64,000 nt of DNA from contig CAZNZT010000008.1 in NCBI GenBank assembly GCA_964577685.1, positions 761 through 64,760 on the forward strand. Reading direction: 5' to 3'. The number at the start of each line of letters is the position of its first letter. Within the stretch, counting starts at the first letter, position 1. The translations under genes and the position numbers were made by a program. The notes under the pieces were generated by a model. That model was not told the origin of the DNA. It searched no databases and saw only the letters and a list, made by a program, of their open reading frames with translations. This document shows positions 1 through 10,800 of the stretch, in pieces. Source of the stretch: an uncultured Methanosarcinales archaeon. GTDB taxonomy: Archaea; Nanobdellota; Nanobdellia; Woesearchaeales; JACPBV01.

Positions 1-1
1 T

Positions 2-631
2 AAAACTAGGGGAAGTTCTCCTAATGCATTTATTCCACTTGAAGGCTTTCCTGGAGAACCTATTGTAAATATTGGTCCTACTAATTACAAGTTCAATATA
101 ACAAGAGAAAGCACTTCCATAGGTTTAGGTCCACTTGTCCATATAGGAGACCTTGTAAACAGATTATCTGGAGAGGATAGAAAATGGTTAGGTAGAGGTA
201 GATTTGATCCGTATATTATAGCAATAGTAAGTTACAATTGGTCAAACTCTGATTTTGAAAGCTATATCCGTTTGCATGGAGGAGACGTATCATCACAATT
301 AGGGCTTCCTCAAGGTAGTATCATAGTACCACCGACCGTTATAAAAGATAAATCGCATAATAGTGGTAGAGGCCCAGGTCTTGCATTAGGCTTTGGCTTT
401 AATGCTCCATTATGGGGAAACTGGGACCTCACCACAACAGCTAGATACAACTGGGTACATCTAGATGGAAGGAATGGAGTTAATTTTGACTTAGATCAAT
501 GGACAGTAGCTATAGGGTTAGTTTATCCAATAGGAGGGCCAAAAAACAAAAAAAGATGGACTATAATAAATGGGATGGTAACCCCCTCTATTGAATATTT
601 CACAAGAAAAATGAGGGCCCTATTTAAATAA
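2..631 (+). CDS. Hypothetical protein, 5'-truncated at the window edge. The open frame runs from nt 2 and is Gly-rich, possibly secreted or beta-rich.
   Basis: Frame 2 stays open from position 2 to the stop at 629-631. The listed ORF at 272-631 is only its C-terminal part. No recognisable motif. Confidence 0.4.
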   Translation, partial: KTRGSSPNAFIPLEGFPGEPIVNIGPTNYKFNITRESTSIGLGPLVHIGDLVNRLSGEDRKWLGRGRFDPYIIAIVSYNWSNSDFESYIRLHGGDVSSQLGLPQGSIIVPPTVIKDKSHNSGRGPGLALGFGFNAPLWGNWDLTTTARYNWVHLDGRNGVNFDLDQWTVAIGLVYPIGGPKNKKRWTIINGMVTPSIEYFTRKMRALFK

Positions 632-633
632 CC

Positions 634-2418
634 CTAATACCCTCCATTCCTTTTTGGCACCATGGATTTTATTAAAGCAAAAAATGACATCAAGACACTG
701 AATACAATAAGTGTATTAACGAGGAGTTGTAGCAAAGAATAGCCAATAGTTGGGTGTGGAGGTAACTCAATAAATGCATTACCCACAATGTTATAGTTGC
801 CTAAAAAATTCATATACTTTGCACTAGATAAAATAAAACTTAAAAACAAAATTACCGCAACCTCAACAGGTTTAAAAATATACTTACGCTTTATTAAATT
901 ATATTCCTTAAACGGTCCAGTATGATATGGGTACAAAAGCACATGTGGATCTGCAGCTTTTTTATCCTTAAGATAAGATTCCTTAAAACCATCATTTATC
1001 TCAATCAGTTGTCTAAGAATGGTTCTATGATATTTCTCTCTAAGTTTTTTTGATGGTTTTATACCTTTCTTGAGTTCAAATAAAAGATAAAACTTAAAAT
1101 TTTGTTTTTCATCAAATTTTGTACTTATTTTAAAGGAATTTGTAATATCATGAAGCTCTTCATCCCTACTAAGAGAAAGATATATATGAGTAGGATAAAC
1201 ATTTGCACCATCAATTGAAACAGTTTCGTCTATTCTACCACTGACAAACAAAAAAGGCAATCTTAAGATATCTTCTTTTTTGAGTCCTTGTCTTTGGAGT
1301 TCTTCCATATAACCAGGTACAAATTTTCTAAGGATCTGGAGCATTTTATCAAAACTTATTGTTTTTCCTTCATCTTCCAAGCAGTACTTTACCTTAGGAG
1401 AAGCAACAACCGGATTAAGAAGAGTTATATGGAACGTTGGTTTTCCTTTCTTTTTTATATTCTCAATATAATGTTCTGTTATATCATACTGAAAAATAAC
1501 AGGATCCACATCCAAGCTACCAAAAATCTCTTTTCTTAATACCTTATTCTTTTTTGCAAGTTTCCTTATAAATATTGAGAATGGAGTTTCAAAGGCTATT
1601 CCAATATCAATATCTGAGGCTCCATAAGAGGATATTATTATAGAATCAGGGTTTCCTATTTTCCTTCTGATGTAATCTCTCCACTCTTCTATAAAAGGTT
1701 CTCCCCCAGTAACAAAATCGATTTTATAATCTTTCCATCTTATTTTTTTAGAGCCCTCATCTACAAGCTTTTTTATGAATGGAGGGTAAGCCCCTATAAG
1801 ATAATTATATTCTTTACCAAAAGTCTTAATAGTATTTACTATTTTATCAACATCTGGACCTATGCTCTTGACAATAGAAAAATTCTCTATAATTTCTGCA
1901 AATTTAACACCAGTTGTCCAAGCACCCATGGACCAAGCACCAATAATGATATATCTTTTGTTAGTTGGATTATATGTGTATTGATATTCAAATTGAGCTG
2001 CCTTAGCTAACCTTTCAACTTCTTCTTTAGAATGAATCCAATTTACTGGGGTTCCAGAAGAACCTGAACTCTCATCTATGTTCCCATAAGGGGGAAATCT
2101 TCCCTGAATACATCTCTCTTCATAAGTATATTTTCTAATATAGTTTTCCTTGGTTGTTATTGGAACTTTTTTAAAGTCTTCTATTGTTCTTATTTCATCA
2201 GGATTTATATTATGCTCTTCTAGAAATTTCTTATATGCAGGAACATTCCTTGCTGCTATTTTGAATACTTGTAACGCCTTCTTTCTAGAGATTTCCTCTA
2301 GTATTCTTGGATTAGTACTCGTAAGAAATTTTTTTGTTCTTTTATAATTCCTAAGTAAAAAAGATTCATAGAGATAAAGCAACCTCGTGGGTATAAGCCT
2401 TACAAATCTACTGATCAT
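634..2418 (-). CDS. PaaK/CapK/F390-synthetase-like adenylate-forming enzyme (phenylacetate-CoA ligase family) with a C-terminal hydrophobic membrane anchor
   Basis: N-terminal segment 'AARNVPAYKKFLEEHNINPDEIRTIEDFKKVPITTKENY' is typical of PaaK-like ligases. P-loop 'SSGSSGTP' (AMP-binding [ST]SG[ST][ST]G.P). The last ~70 aa are two predicted TM helices (VAVILFLSFILSS..., LLQLLVNTLIVFSVLMSFFALI). Confidence 0.7.
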   Translation of the reverse strand: MISRFVRLIPTRLLYLYESFLLRNYKRTKKFLTSTNPRILEEISRKKALQVFKIAARNVPAYKKFLEEHNINPDEIRTIEDFKKVPITTKENYIRKYTYEERCIQGRFPPYGNIDESSGSSGTPVNWIHSKEEVERLAKAAQFEYQYTYNPTNKRYIIIGAWSMGAWTTGVKFAEIIENFSIVKSIGPDVDKIVNTIKTFGKEYNYLIGAYPPFIKKLVDEGSKKIRWKDYKIDFVTGGEPFIEEWRDYIRRKIGNPDSIIISSYGASDIDIGIAFETPFSIFIRKLAKKNKVLRKEIFGSLDVDPVIFQYDITEHYIENIKKKGKPTFHITLLNPVVASPKVKYCLEDEGKTISFDKMLQILRKFVPGYMEELQRQGLKKEDILRLPFLFVSGRIDETVSIDGANVYPTHIYLSLSRDEELHDITNSFKISTKFDEKQNFKFYLLFELKKGIKPSKKLREKYHRTILRQLIEINDGFKESYLKDKKAADPHVLLYPYHTGPFKEYNLIKRKYIFKPVEVAVILFLSFILSSAKYMNFLGNYNIVGNAFIELPPHPTIGYSLLQLLVNTLIVFSVLMSFFALIKSMVPKRNGGY

Positions 2419-2528
2419 AAGTATATCTTAAAAGCATATTAGATATATAAATCTTTTTGAGTTATTTCGCTATTAAAGAGTAGTAAATATAGAAAGATTT
2501 AAATAAGATAAAAAAATCCCTAAGCTAT

Positions 2529-4154
2529 ATGCCAAGCGAAATAAGAAGAAGGATTGGAAGAATAGAAGATCTGTCTAAGGCTGATGTCACTTGTGAGTAT
2601 GCCATTACAGCTCTAAAACAAGTGGCGATGCTCTTAGAGGGTGGAGATAAAATAGTACTTGATATACTGCAGAGGGATCATCTACCTGATATTGAAAGAG
2701 ATGCACTAGAATCATACCTGAGAGATGAACATAGATGGTTTAGCGGATGGGCATATATAGCCCTATTAGAGATATCAGAAGAAATAACAACTGAAGAACA
2801 AAGAGCAGGAAAAAGCTTCTATGAAATAATCGGCCAGAACACATTTACTCCAACATTTTTTCAAATAAATGTAGCACGATTACTTTACTCTGTATCTAGA
2901 TTATACAAAAGAGCTAGTATGCACGTAGGTAATTTTACTGATCTGATCACTCTCCATTGTGAAGAAATAGGAAGAGGAGAAATAGTCATAACACGAAGGA
3001 CAAAGGATAGATGGAGAAAAGAACTTAAAAAAAGATTAGGGGATTTAGCATTAACTCAACTAAGACACGACTGCGAATTGACAAGAGAATTTCTTATTTC
3101 TGTCCCAACTATCTATACTGACAAACATGGAAATCCAAAACCACCCGCTGTGCTTATTGACCACTCTAAGTGTGAAGGAAAGGGAGACGGTGCCTGTGTC
3201 TATCATCTCAGATACAAACCCCAAACATTAGAGGAAAGGGCTATTTACTTGTGGGAGTTACCAAGACGTATAAAAAGATTTTTTGATGGTGTTGCAGAGA
3301 TGAATATAAGACTTCAACAAACTCAAGAAAGATTGCGTGTAAGTTATGAAAGGGAAGTAGAAGCTAAAACTGCAAGGGCAAGAATGGAAACGCTAGTAAG
3401 TACTATAGAAGGGATGGCTCATGATGTTGGCAATAGTCTAAATCTCCTTCTGGGTGCAAATAACATAATACTCAGTGATCTAGAAGAAATGTTAAAAAAA
3501 GTTAGAAAAAGATATAGTGAAACAATGGGCGATCAAGAAAGTGTAAATAAAGCAATGCAAGAATTATACCCGTATTTTCAACGAATTGGACAAGCTGTTA
3601 ACACTATTTATAATAGGGGTCAAGAGATAGCAAGTCTTGGAGAGAATATTCTAGATATGTCAAGAGGTGCGGAATCAAAGCCAGGACAATATACACTCCA
3701 AGAGGTTATAGAAGAAGCACTTGGATCGTGTATGGAAGAAGCTTATTTAAGAAAGGATAGTGGCATAGAGGTTAAAAAAAGATATGGCAACCCAATTGAA
3801 TTATTAGGTAGAAGAGGCCTTATAAAACAGATGTTTAGGAATATTATCCAAAATTGTTGTGAAGCAATGGACTACAAGGGAAAACTAAGTATAAACGTAA
3901 ACCCGAGGGGAAATGGTGTTGAAATTAGGATAGAAGATAATGGAAGAGGAATGACAGAAGAGCAACTTAGAATGGCATTCAAAGAAAGATTCACTACTAA
4001 AGATCCATCCTTACATAAATTTAGTGGCACTGGACTAATTCAAATCGCCAATATTGTCAGATTACATAATGGCAGTATTAGATTAGAAAGCAAAGTAGGA
4101 GAAGGGACAAGCTATGTAGTATGCCTACCTTACGAAAGGAAAAAAAATGCTTGA
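2529..4154 (+). CDS. Sensor histidine kinase (cytoplasmic, no obvious TM; HisKA plus HATPase_c)
   Basis: H-box 'MAHDVGNSL'. N/G boxes 'IQNCCEAM', 'EDNGRGMTEEQ', 'GTGLIQIANIV'. Its stop overlaps the start of the next gene (ATGCTTGA). Confidence 0.8.
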   Translation: MPSEIRRRIGRIEDLSKADVTCEYAITALKQVAMLLEGGDKIVLDILQRDHLPDIERDALESYLRDEHRWFSGWAYIALLEISEEITTEEQRAGKSFYEIIGQNTFTPTFFQINVARLLYSVSRLYKRASMHVGNFTDLITLHCEEIGRGEIVITRRTKDRWRKELKKRLGDLALTQLRHDCELTREFLISVPTIYTDKHGNPKPPAVLIDHSKCEGKGDGACVYHLRYKPQTLEERAIYLWELPRRIKRFFDGVAEMNIRLQQTQERLRVSYEREVEAKTARARMETLVSTIEGMAHDVGNSLNLLLGANNIILSDLEEMLKKVRKRYSETMGDQESVNKAMQELYPYFQRIGQAVNTIYNRGQEIASLGENILDMSRGAESKPGQYTLQEVIEEALGSCMEEAYLRKDSGIEVKKRYGNPIELLGRRGLIKQMFRNIIQNCCEAMDYKGKLSINVNPRGNGVEIRIEDNGRGMTEEQLRMAFKERFTTKDPSLHKFSGTGLIQIANIVRLHNGSIRLESKVGEGTSYVVCLPYERKKNA

Positions 4155-5424
4155 AACAAAAATACTGGTTGTAGATGATGAATTATATAGTCAAACAAAT
4201 AGTAAAAGAGATTTAATCCCAGAAGAAACTGTAAAAATATTATTTGGTGAAGATATCCAGAGGACAAGAGAAAGAGTATCCCAATTAAATCTAAAAGATA
4301 TCTTAATAGGACTCTTTAAAGGCAAACCGTACCAATTATTCTTTGCTAGTAACTATGAAGAAGCTGAAAGATTACTCAGAGAACATAGAGACATAGAAAT
4401 ACTCCTAACGGATATTAGAATGCCCCACGTAGATGGTTTTCAATTAATTGAGTTATTAAGGGCTATCAATCCTGATTTAGAGGCTATTCTACTAACAGCC
4501 TATGGGAGTATACCAAAATATAGAAAAAAAGCCTTAGAAAGCGGAGTTTTTGGTTTTGTAGACAAGCCGATAGAACTTAATAAAAACAAGCTTTTTGATG
4601 CCATTGAGAGAGCACAACGAAATTATGAAAGGAGACTTGGAGAAAAAGTTAAAAGAGAACTAGCGATAGCTAGAAATATCCAAATGAGATTAAACCCAAC
4701 ACCACCAAGAGATATTGGAGGGATCGAGTTTTCATGCTTCTACAATCCAGCGGATCACATAGGGGGGGATAGTTACGCAATAACATTATTCAGCGATGGA
4801 ACTATAGGCATCATGGTCGCTGATGTCTCAGGACATGGTATAAGTTCTGCTGTTATTAATTCTGCATTTGTAAAAGCTTCAGAATCTCTAAGCAAAACAT
4901 TAAATGATCCAGAAAGAATAGTAAAAATACTATGGAGATGTTTCTATGCACCCCTTTCTGAAGAAGATAGATTCATAACAGCATTATATGCAAAGATTGA
5001 TCCAAAAGAGAGAATCTTGTATGTAGTCAATGCTGGACATCCAAACCCAATTATCTACCGCCCAAGCGAGGATAAATTCTTAGAAGTTGATGGAGACGAG
5101 TATAAAGTATGCCCTATAGGGGTTTTACCATTTGAGAGTATAGAAAAAAAAAGAATTAGCTCACCTCCCCTCAGACTACAAGAAGGAGATATCCTACTTT
5201 TTTACACAGACGGTATTCTTGAACAATATAATAAAGATGAAGAAAAACAATTTAAAGATGTTAGAAATCTCTATGACCTGGTAAAAGCAAATAGAAAATC
5301 GCCATTATCAAAACTACCACAAGAAATTTATAGAAGCTTTATTGATTTTAAAGGAGCTATGCCGCAAGAAGATGATATCACGCTTCTTGCTCTGAGAATC
5401 ACACCATATAACAAACACAACTAA
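4147..5424 (+). CDS. Response regulator: receiver domain fused to a PP2C/SpoIIE-type Ser/Thr phosphatase (RsbU-like output)
   Basis: Receiver start 'KILVVDDE' and 'LLTDIRMPHVDG'. PP2C motifs 'GGDSYAI' and 'VADVSGHGISSA', C-terminal 'FYTDGILE'. Confidence 0.8.
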   Translation: MLETKILVVDDELYSQTNSKRDLIPEETVKILFGEDIQRTRERVSQLNLKDILIGLFKGKPYQLFFASNYEEAERLLREHRDIEILLTDIRMPHVDGFQLIELLRAINPDLEAILLTAYGSIPKYRKKALESGVFGFVDKPIELNKNKLFDAIERAQRNYERRLGEKVKRELAIARNIQMRLNPTPPRDIGGIEFSCFYNPADHIGGDSYAITLFSDGTIGIMVADVSGHGISSAVINSAFVKASESLSKTLNDPERIVKILWRCFYAPLSEEDRFITALYAKIDPKERILYVVNAGHPNPIIYRPSEDKFLEVDGDEYKVCPIGVLPFESIEKKRISSPPLRLQEGDILLFYTDGILEQYNKDEEKQFKDVRNLYDLVKANRKSPLSKLPQEIYRSFIDFKGAMPQEDDITLLALRITPYNKHN

Positions 5425-6659
5425 CCCAAAAAATCTCTAAGCCTCATCTGATTCTTACTTTTTTTCAAAATAACACTCCTTCTTAACAAAATATCTAGCT
5501 TATAATCAAATTTCTTTTTAACCAATTTTCTTGCATATTGCAACATCAAATCCTCTGACGAAAATTCTATTGGCTTATTTCTTAATGTTTTCCTAACTGC
5601 TTCCCTAACAACCCATACTCCTAAAGGAACAGCATACTCTCCTGTGATGAACCTAAAAACCAAAACAGAAGCTTGTCTCTTCTTCCTAAAAAGCTTTTCT
5701 AAAACAGCAAATCTGGCCGCATAATAACCGCCCCCACAGTTCTCTGCATAACCCTTTCTTCCATAATAAGACTCATAATCAGTCATGTACTTATACTGAT
5801 TAGAAAGATTCCATTCAGCACCGGGAGAATACATCTCAAACAACTCATAAGACCACACATCAGGAAAAAACAAGACAATAAAATAGTTGCCTAAATGACC
5901 TCCAAAGTAGGCTTCATAACCACAAAAATCATAATCCCTAACCTTGCCAAGCAAATACTTAGATATAGAATCATCAGTTGCTGTAATACTCCATCTTGTA
6001 GGCACTAATTTCCTGTTAGCCTTAATACCTAAGTTGCCTGTACTTAAAAGTTTTGTTAAGAAATTCTCGTTAAAACCATGCTTATAAAGATAAACCAAAG
6101 CCTGATTGGCAACAAGGTCAATATCAGAAACAACCTTTTCAATCCTAGAATCTACTCTTGGATTTTCCACAAGTTTTGCCTTCTTTAACCTCGCATTCGG
6201 ACCAGTTGGAGCTAAATAAGCGTCTGTTTTTAATCTAAATTTTGGTTTCTCCTTAAGCTCAATCTCAATATCAACAGGCTTAGAAGCCATACCAACCTCT
6301 CGGCTTATATCCAAGAATCTATTTTTTCCTTTAATATCTGCTCTAAACCTAGAATTTATTAGACTAGACCTATAATCTAATATTGTAGGAATAGTAAGGT
6401 TCTGTTCTACCCAACAATGTGGTGCATCATAAATCCAAGCATCATCTCTATGCTCTGGTGGGCTCAGTATCCCAACATAAAGCTTCGGATAAAAATTATG
6501 TCCAATAAACACAGTTGGAGAAGAGCCAACAAAATTATCTTTTGAGATTCTCCTGCCAACCTTAAGAATAGCTTCCGCCCTAGCAAGTATCGGACAAAAC
6601 ACCCGACCACAACTTTGCATGGGGGTTGCTCCTTTACACTTAATACAAGGAATATTCAT
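5421..6659 (-). CDS. Archaeal Nre-family (NreA-like) DNA-repair-associated protein
   Basis: N-terminal Cys cluster 'CIKCKGATPMQSCGRVFCP'. Conserved 'GGGYYAARFAVLEKL...LGVWVVREAV' block. About 400 aa, as is typical for the Nre family. The assignment rests on remembered family features and is not verified. Confidence 0.5.
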   Translation of the reverse strand: MNIPCIKCKGATPMQSCGRVFCPILARAEAILKVGRRISKDNFVGSSPTVFIGHNFYPKLYVGILSPPEHRDDAWIYDAPHCWVEQNLTIPTILDYRSSLINSRFRADIKGKNRFLDISREVGMASKPVDIEIELKEKPKFRLKTDAYLAPTGPNARLKKAKLVENPRVDSRIEKVVSDIDLVANQALVYLYKHGFNENFLTKLLSTGNLGIKANRKLVPTRWSITATDDSISKYLLGKVRDYDFCGYEAYFGGHLGNYFIVLFFPDVWSYELFEMYSPGAEWNLSNQYKYMTDYESYYGRKGYAENCGGGYYAARFAVLEKLFRKKRQASVLVFRFITGEYAVPLGVWVVREAVRKTLRNKPIEFSSEDLMLQYARKLVKKKFDYKLDILLRRSVILKKSKNQMRLRDFLG

Positions 6660-6747
6660 ACTAGATAAGATATTCTAATTAAATTAAATAATTTTTCCTA
6701 AAAACAATAAAAAGGCTTAAATAATAGTAACCTGCAAAACAATAGCT

Positions 6748-7776
6748 ATGTTAGAAAAGAACCAAGTAGAAAAGATTAAAAAAGAATTAGAAAGTTGTAA
6801 AAATCCGCTTTTCTTCTTCCATGATGACCCGGATGGACTTTCATCATTTCTACTCCTATATAGGTATATAAGAGAGGGACATGGAATAGTATTCAAAGCA
6901 AAACCAAGTCTAAATGCAAACTTTGTAAGAAAAGTAAGAGAATATCAACCAGATAAGATATTTATCCTAGATATACCTATCGTAGATCAGGAATTCATAG
7001 ACAAAGCCAATGTTCCAATAATATGGATAGACCACCACCCGCCATTAGAAAGAAAAAAAGTGAATTACTTTAATCCAAGAATAAAGAATAAGAATGACAG
7101 GACTCCTGTTACAAGAATATGCTATGATGTTGTAAACAAGGATATATGGATTGCTATGGTCGGATGTATTGGGGATTGGCACATCCCAGACTTTTTTCAG
7201 GAATTTAAAAAAAGGTATGGATACATGGTAGATAAAAAAACAGAAGATATAGGAAAAATCTACTTTAAAACAAAACTCGGACTACTTGTAAGAATTTTCT
7301 CCTATATACTAAAAGGAAAAACCAGCGAAACAAACAAGTGCTTTAAAATATTAACAAGAATAGATGATCCAAAAGAAATACTAGAAAAAAAAACACCAAG
7401 AGGAATTTTTATTTACAAAAAATTTGAAAGAGTAAACAAAGAATATGAAACTCTCCTAAATGAAGCATTAAAACACAAAAAAGAAGATAAACTACTAATA
7501 TACATATACAAAGAAAACAAAATGAGTTTTAGCAGTGATTTATCAAATGAACTAATATTTAGATTTCCAGAAAAGCTAGTGATTGTAGGAAGAGAAAAGA
7601 AAGATGAAATCAGAATGAGCCTAAGATCTACAAAATTATTATTACCAAAAATCATCCAAAGGGCATTGATTGGACTGGTAGGTTATGGGGGAGGCCACGA
7701 ACATGCTTGCGGGGTAAACATAAAAAAAGAAGATTTCGACATATTCATAAAAAGAATAAGAGAACAGATAGGTTAA
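6748..7776 (+). CDS. DHH/DHHA1 family phosphoesterase (NrnA/RecJ-like nanoRNase / pAp phosphatase)
   Basis: DHH motifs 'FFFHDDPDGLSS' and 'IWIDHHPP'. DHHA1 motif 'GYGGGHEHACG'. Confidence 0.75.
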   Translation: MLEKNQVEKIKKELESCKNPLFFFHDDPDGLSSFLLLYRYIREGHGIVFKAKPSLNANFVRKVREYQPDKIFILDIPIVDQEFIDKANVPIIWIDHHPPLERKKVNYFNPRIKNKNDRTPVTRICYDVVNKDIWIAMVGCIGDWHIPDFFQEFKKRYGYMVDKKTEDIGKIYFKTKLGLLVRIFSYILKGKTSETNKCFKILTRIDDPKEILEKKTPRGIFIYKKFERVNKEYETLLNEALKHKKEDKLLIYIYKENKMSFSSDLSNELIFRFPEKLVIVGREKKDEIRMSLRSTKLLLPKIIQRALIGLVGYGGGHEHACGVNIKKEDFDIFIKRIREQIG

Positions 7777-7777
7777 T

Positions 7778-7790
7778 TTTATAAATATCC
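7778..7790 (+). promoter_or_regulatory. Putative archaeal TATA box for tRNA-Gly
   Basis: 'tttataaatat' is centred about 27 nt upstream of the tRNA 5' end at 7811. Confidence 0.35.
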
Positions 7791-7810
7791 AAAAAAATCC
7801 TCAATGCTAA

Positions 7811-7893
7811 GCGTCGGTGGTCTAATGGATATATTACCATAAATGACAACGGCCTTCCAAGCCGTTTATCCGGGTTCAAGTCCCGGCCGACGC
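7811..7893 (+). tRNA. tRNA-Gly (anticodon UCC) carrying a roughly 12-nt insertion in the D-arm region
   Basis: Acceptor GCGTCGG/CCGACGC with discriminator A. Anticodon arm ACGGC-CTTCCAA-GCCGT. T-arm CCGGG-TTCAAGT-CCCGG. The D region is 30 nt where about 18 is expected. Confidence 0.7.
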
Positions 7894-7897
7894 ATTT

Positions 7898-10800
7898 TTA
7901 AACCTTCAAACTAACAACCTTGCTAACACCATTCTCATCCATACTCACACCATAAAGACAAGAAGCTTCAGAGATAACTCCGTCATTGTGGGAGATAATA
8001 ATATACTGTGCTCGTTCTGAATATTTTCTAATTAACTTAGCAAACTTCTCAGAATTTCTTTTATCCAATGCTGCATCTACTTCATCAAAAACATAAAACG
8101 AAGCAGGTTCATGCTCTTGAATAGCAAAAATAAAAGCCAAAGCTGTTAGGGTTTTTTCACCACCAGACAAACTTCTTATATCCAAAAATTTATGCCCAGA
8201 TATCCTAACTTTTATATCTAAGCCACCCTCAAACGGATTTTGTTTATTTTCCAAATCCAAATTTGCCTCCCCCTTTGTCGCTAACTGTGAAAAAATCTTT
8301 TTGAAATTATTATTAATAACCTCAAAAGTTTCCATAAAAAGGTCTCTCTTCTTTCCTTCAATTTCCTCCATCATTCTCAAGATATCATCTTTTTCTTTTT
8401 TTAGTTTGTCCTTCTTCTCCAATAAAGAATTATACTCTTTTTCAACTTCCTCGTAAATCTCCAAAGCCCTCATATTAACTGCCCCTATTTCATTCTTCAT
8501 TTTTTCAAATTTTGATATCTCATATCTTAATTGCTCTTCAGTTTTATCTGTAAACAATTGAACCCCCTCATACTGCTTGAACTCTTGTTGCAAACCAGCA
8601 AGCTCCGAAGATTTTTCTGCATGTTTTAGAGTCAGAGTATTAACCTTAATCTCAATCTTTCTACTCTCATCTATTTTCTTTAAGATTAAATTTTCATTAT
8701 TGGTAATCTCATCAGAAATCTTGTTTCTTCTTTCAAATAAAGCTTTAAACTTAGAATGAAAGTCTCTCATAATTATCTCTTTCTTTTTTAGTTCATCCTG
8801 CTTCTTTTCAATATCCTTTTTTATAAACGCAATCTCCTTTCTGAACTCTTCTTCCTCCTTTGAAATCTGCTTTTTGATTTTTTTAATCTTCTCTTTCTCA
8901 GGCACTATGATATCATTTATCTGGACATCTATACTTCTAAGCTCTCCGATAATTCTTGTAATTTCACTGTTAAGTTTGTTTCTTCTTTCCTCAAATGTCG
9001 CTAATTCAGCTAAAAGTGTGGGGTCTCTTAACTCTGCAATTTTATTTTTTAACTCCTGCTTCTTAATCCTATTACTAGTTAACTCCTTATTCTTATTTGA
9101 AATTTTCTCGGTAAGAAGCTTAATTTCTTTATCAAGATTTGAAGCTTCATTCAATAACTCCTCTTTCTTCTTTTTAGAAACATCTAAGTCTGTCGGTTCT
9201 AAATGCAAAGACCTCTCAAGCTTTATTATTTCCCCCTCTAAATTAGATTTTGAGTTTCTCAATCTTGTTATTTTTTCCTCATTCTCCTCTCTTCTTTTTT
9301 CTAAAAGACTTAACTTTTTTTCAAAATCCTTAATCTTTACACAAAGTTCATCTATATCTCTACTAAGCTTTTTTTCACTAAAACCAAAACCAGGTCTCTT
9401 TTTCCTAAACCCCCCATGAATAACTCCACTAAACTCGGCTATATCTCCATCCAAAGTAACCATCTTTGCCTTCCCGACACCCAATCTTTTTATAACATCC
9501 ACATTGTCAACAACAAGTGTATTGGCAAATACATACTCAAAAACACTCCTGAATTTCTTATCAAAATCTATTAAGTCTATTGCCAATCCATAACAACCCC
9601 TAGCGTCGCTAAGCTTCTTTACTTCAGAAGAAGTTTCAGCTTTTACCTTGTTAAGAGGTAAAAAAGTAGCAACCCCTAGCTTATTTTGTTTGAGATATTT
9701 TATCAAATCAATAGCAATTTTTTCATTTTCAACTACAATACTTTTTAATCTTTGTCCAGCTGCTATCTCTAAAGCAAGAGAATATTTTGAATTTACCTTA
9801 CCTAGCTCAGCTATAGTACCATAAACGCCTGGCTTTTTTTGCTCAAGAATCTTCTTAACAGCTAAATCAGATTTTATCATCTCCTTAATAGTAGTATGCT
9901 TAGCCTCAAGCTTTGCCAATTCATCCTTAAACTGATTTAGCTTTTTTTTGAGATTATCTATCTCTACAGCCAAGTATGAATCTTCATTTAAACACTTATT
10001 TAACTCCAAGGTTATACTCTTAAATTCCTCCTTTTTTTTCTTTAAAGAATTAATCTCCTCTCTATGTTCTTTCTCAACCTCTTCTATCTTCTTTATTTGC
10101 TCGTCTATAGTACTGATTCTATGCTCAACCAGATCTTTCTGTCTGATTAGATTATGTTGTTTTTCTCTTAAGGAATGAATTTCTTTCTGAATTTCTTCTG
10201 CTACCTTGTCCGTCTCTTCAATTTCTTTCTCTATATTTGCTAAGTCCATAAGTTTGTTTTTATCTCTAAATGCGCTTATCTTCAAAGACAACTCTTCCAT
10301 CTCCTTCTCGAGTTGTTCTTTTTTATTCTCTAACTTTTCTTTTTCTTTAGTTAAAGCATCAATTTTTTTATCTGACTCTTTTAGAGAATTATCCAAATCT
10401 ATTTTCCTTTGGTTTATTTTCCTTATTTCATTATCTAAAGTCTCTAATCTTGATTGTTTTTTTGTTAAACCAATCTTTAACCCTTCAATCTCCCTGTTTA
10501 ATGCTACTTGCTCTATCTCTCCTTTCTCTTCTATCTCTTTTGAAATTCTCTCAATTTCACTCTTTTTTTTAACATTTTTTTCTCTCAATTCATTAATTTC
10601 TTGATTTATTTTATTAAGATTCTCTTTATTCCTTTCTAATTCCTCATAAAGCTTGGATTTCTCTTTTTCTTTTTTTTCTATCTGTATCTTCAACAAAGAA
10701 GCCTTACTTTGATTTATCTTATCACTCATCTCTTTAAACTTCTTTGCTTGGTCCCTGTCTTTTTTTAATTCTTTCAAATAGGTGTTTCTCTCTGCCAAAA

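Noticed and set aside
7811-7893. Alternative interpretation of the 83-nt tRNA-Gly as an unspliced tRNA with an oversized D-loop
   Set aside because: A 22-nt D-loop would be far outside known tRNA geometry. An excised insert is more consistent with the four other interrupted tRNAs in the window. Kept only as a caveat.
8577-10604. Several 60-180-aa ORFs on the plus strand inside the SMC gene (8577-8759, 8874-9419, 9948-10178, 10206-10604)
   Set aside because: Low-complexity S/F/L-rich translations, antisense to K/E-rich coiled-coil coding sequence. A typical artefact of AT-rich repetitive codons, with no start-context support.
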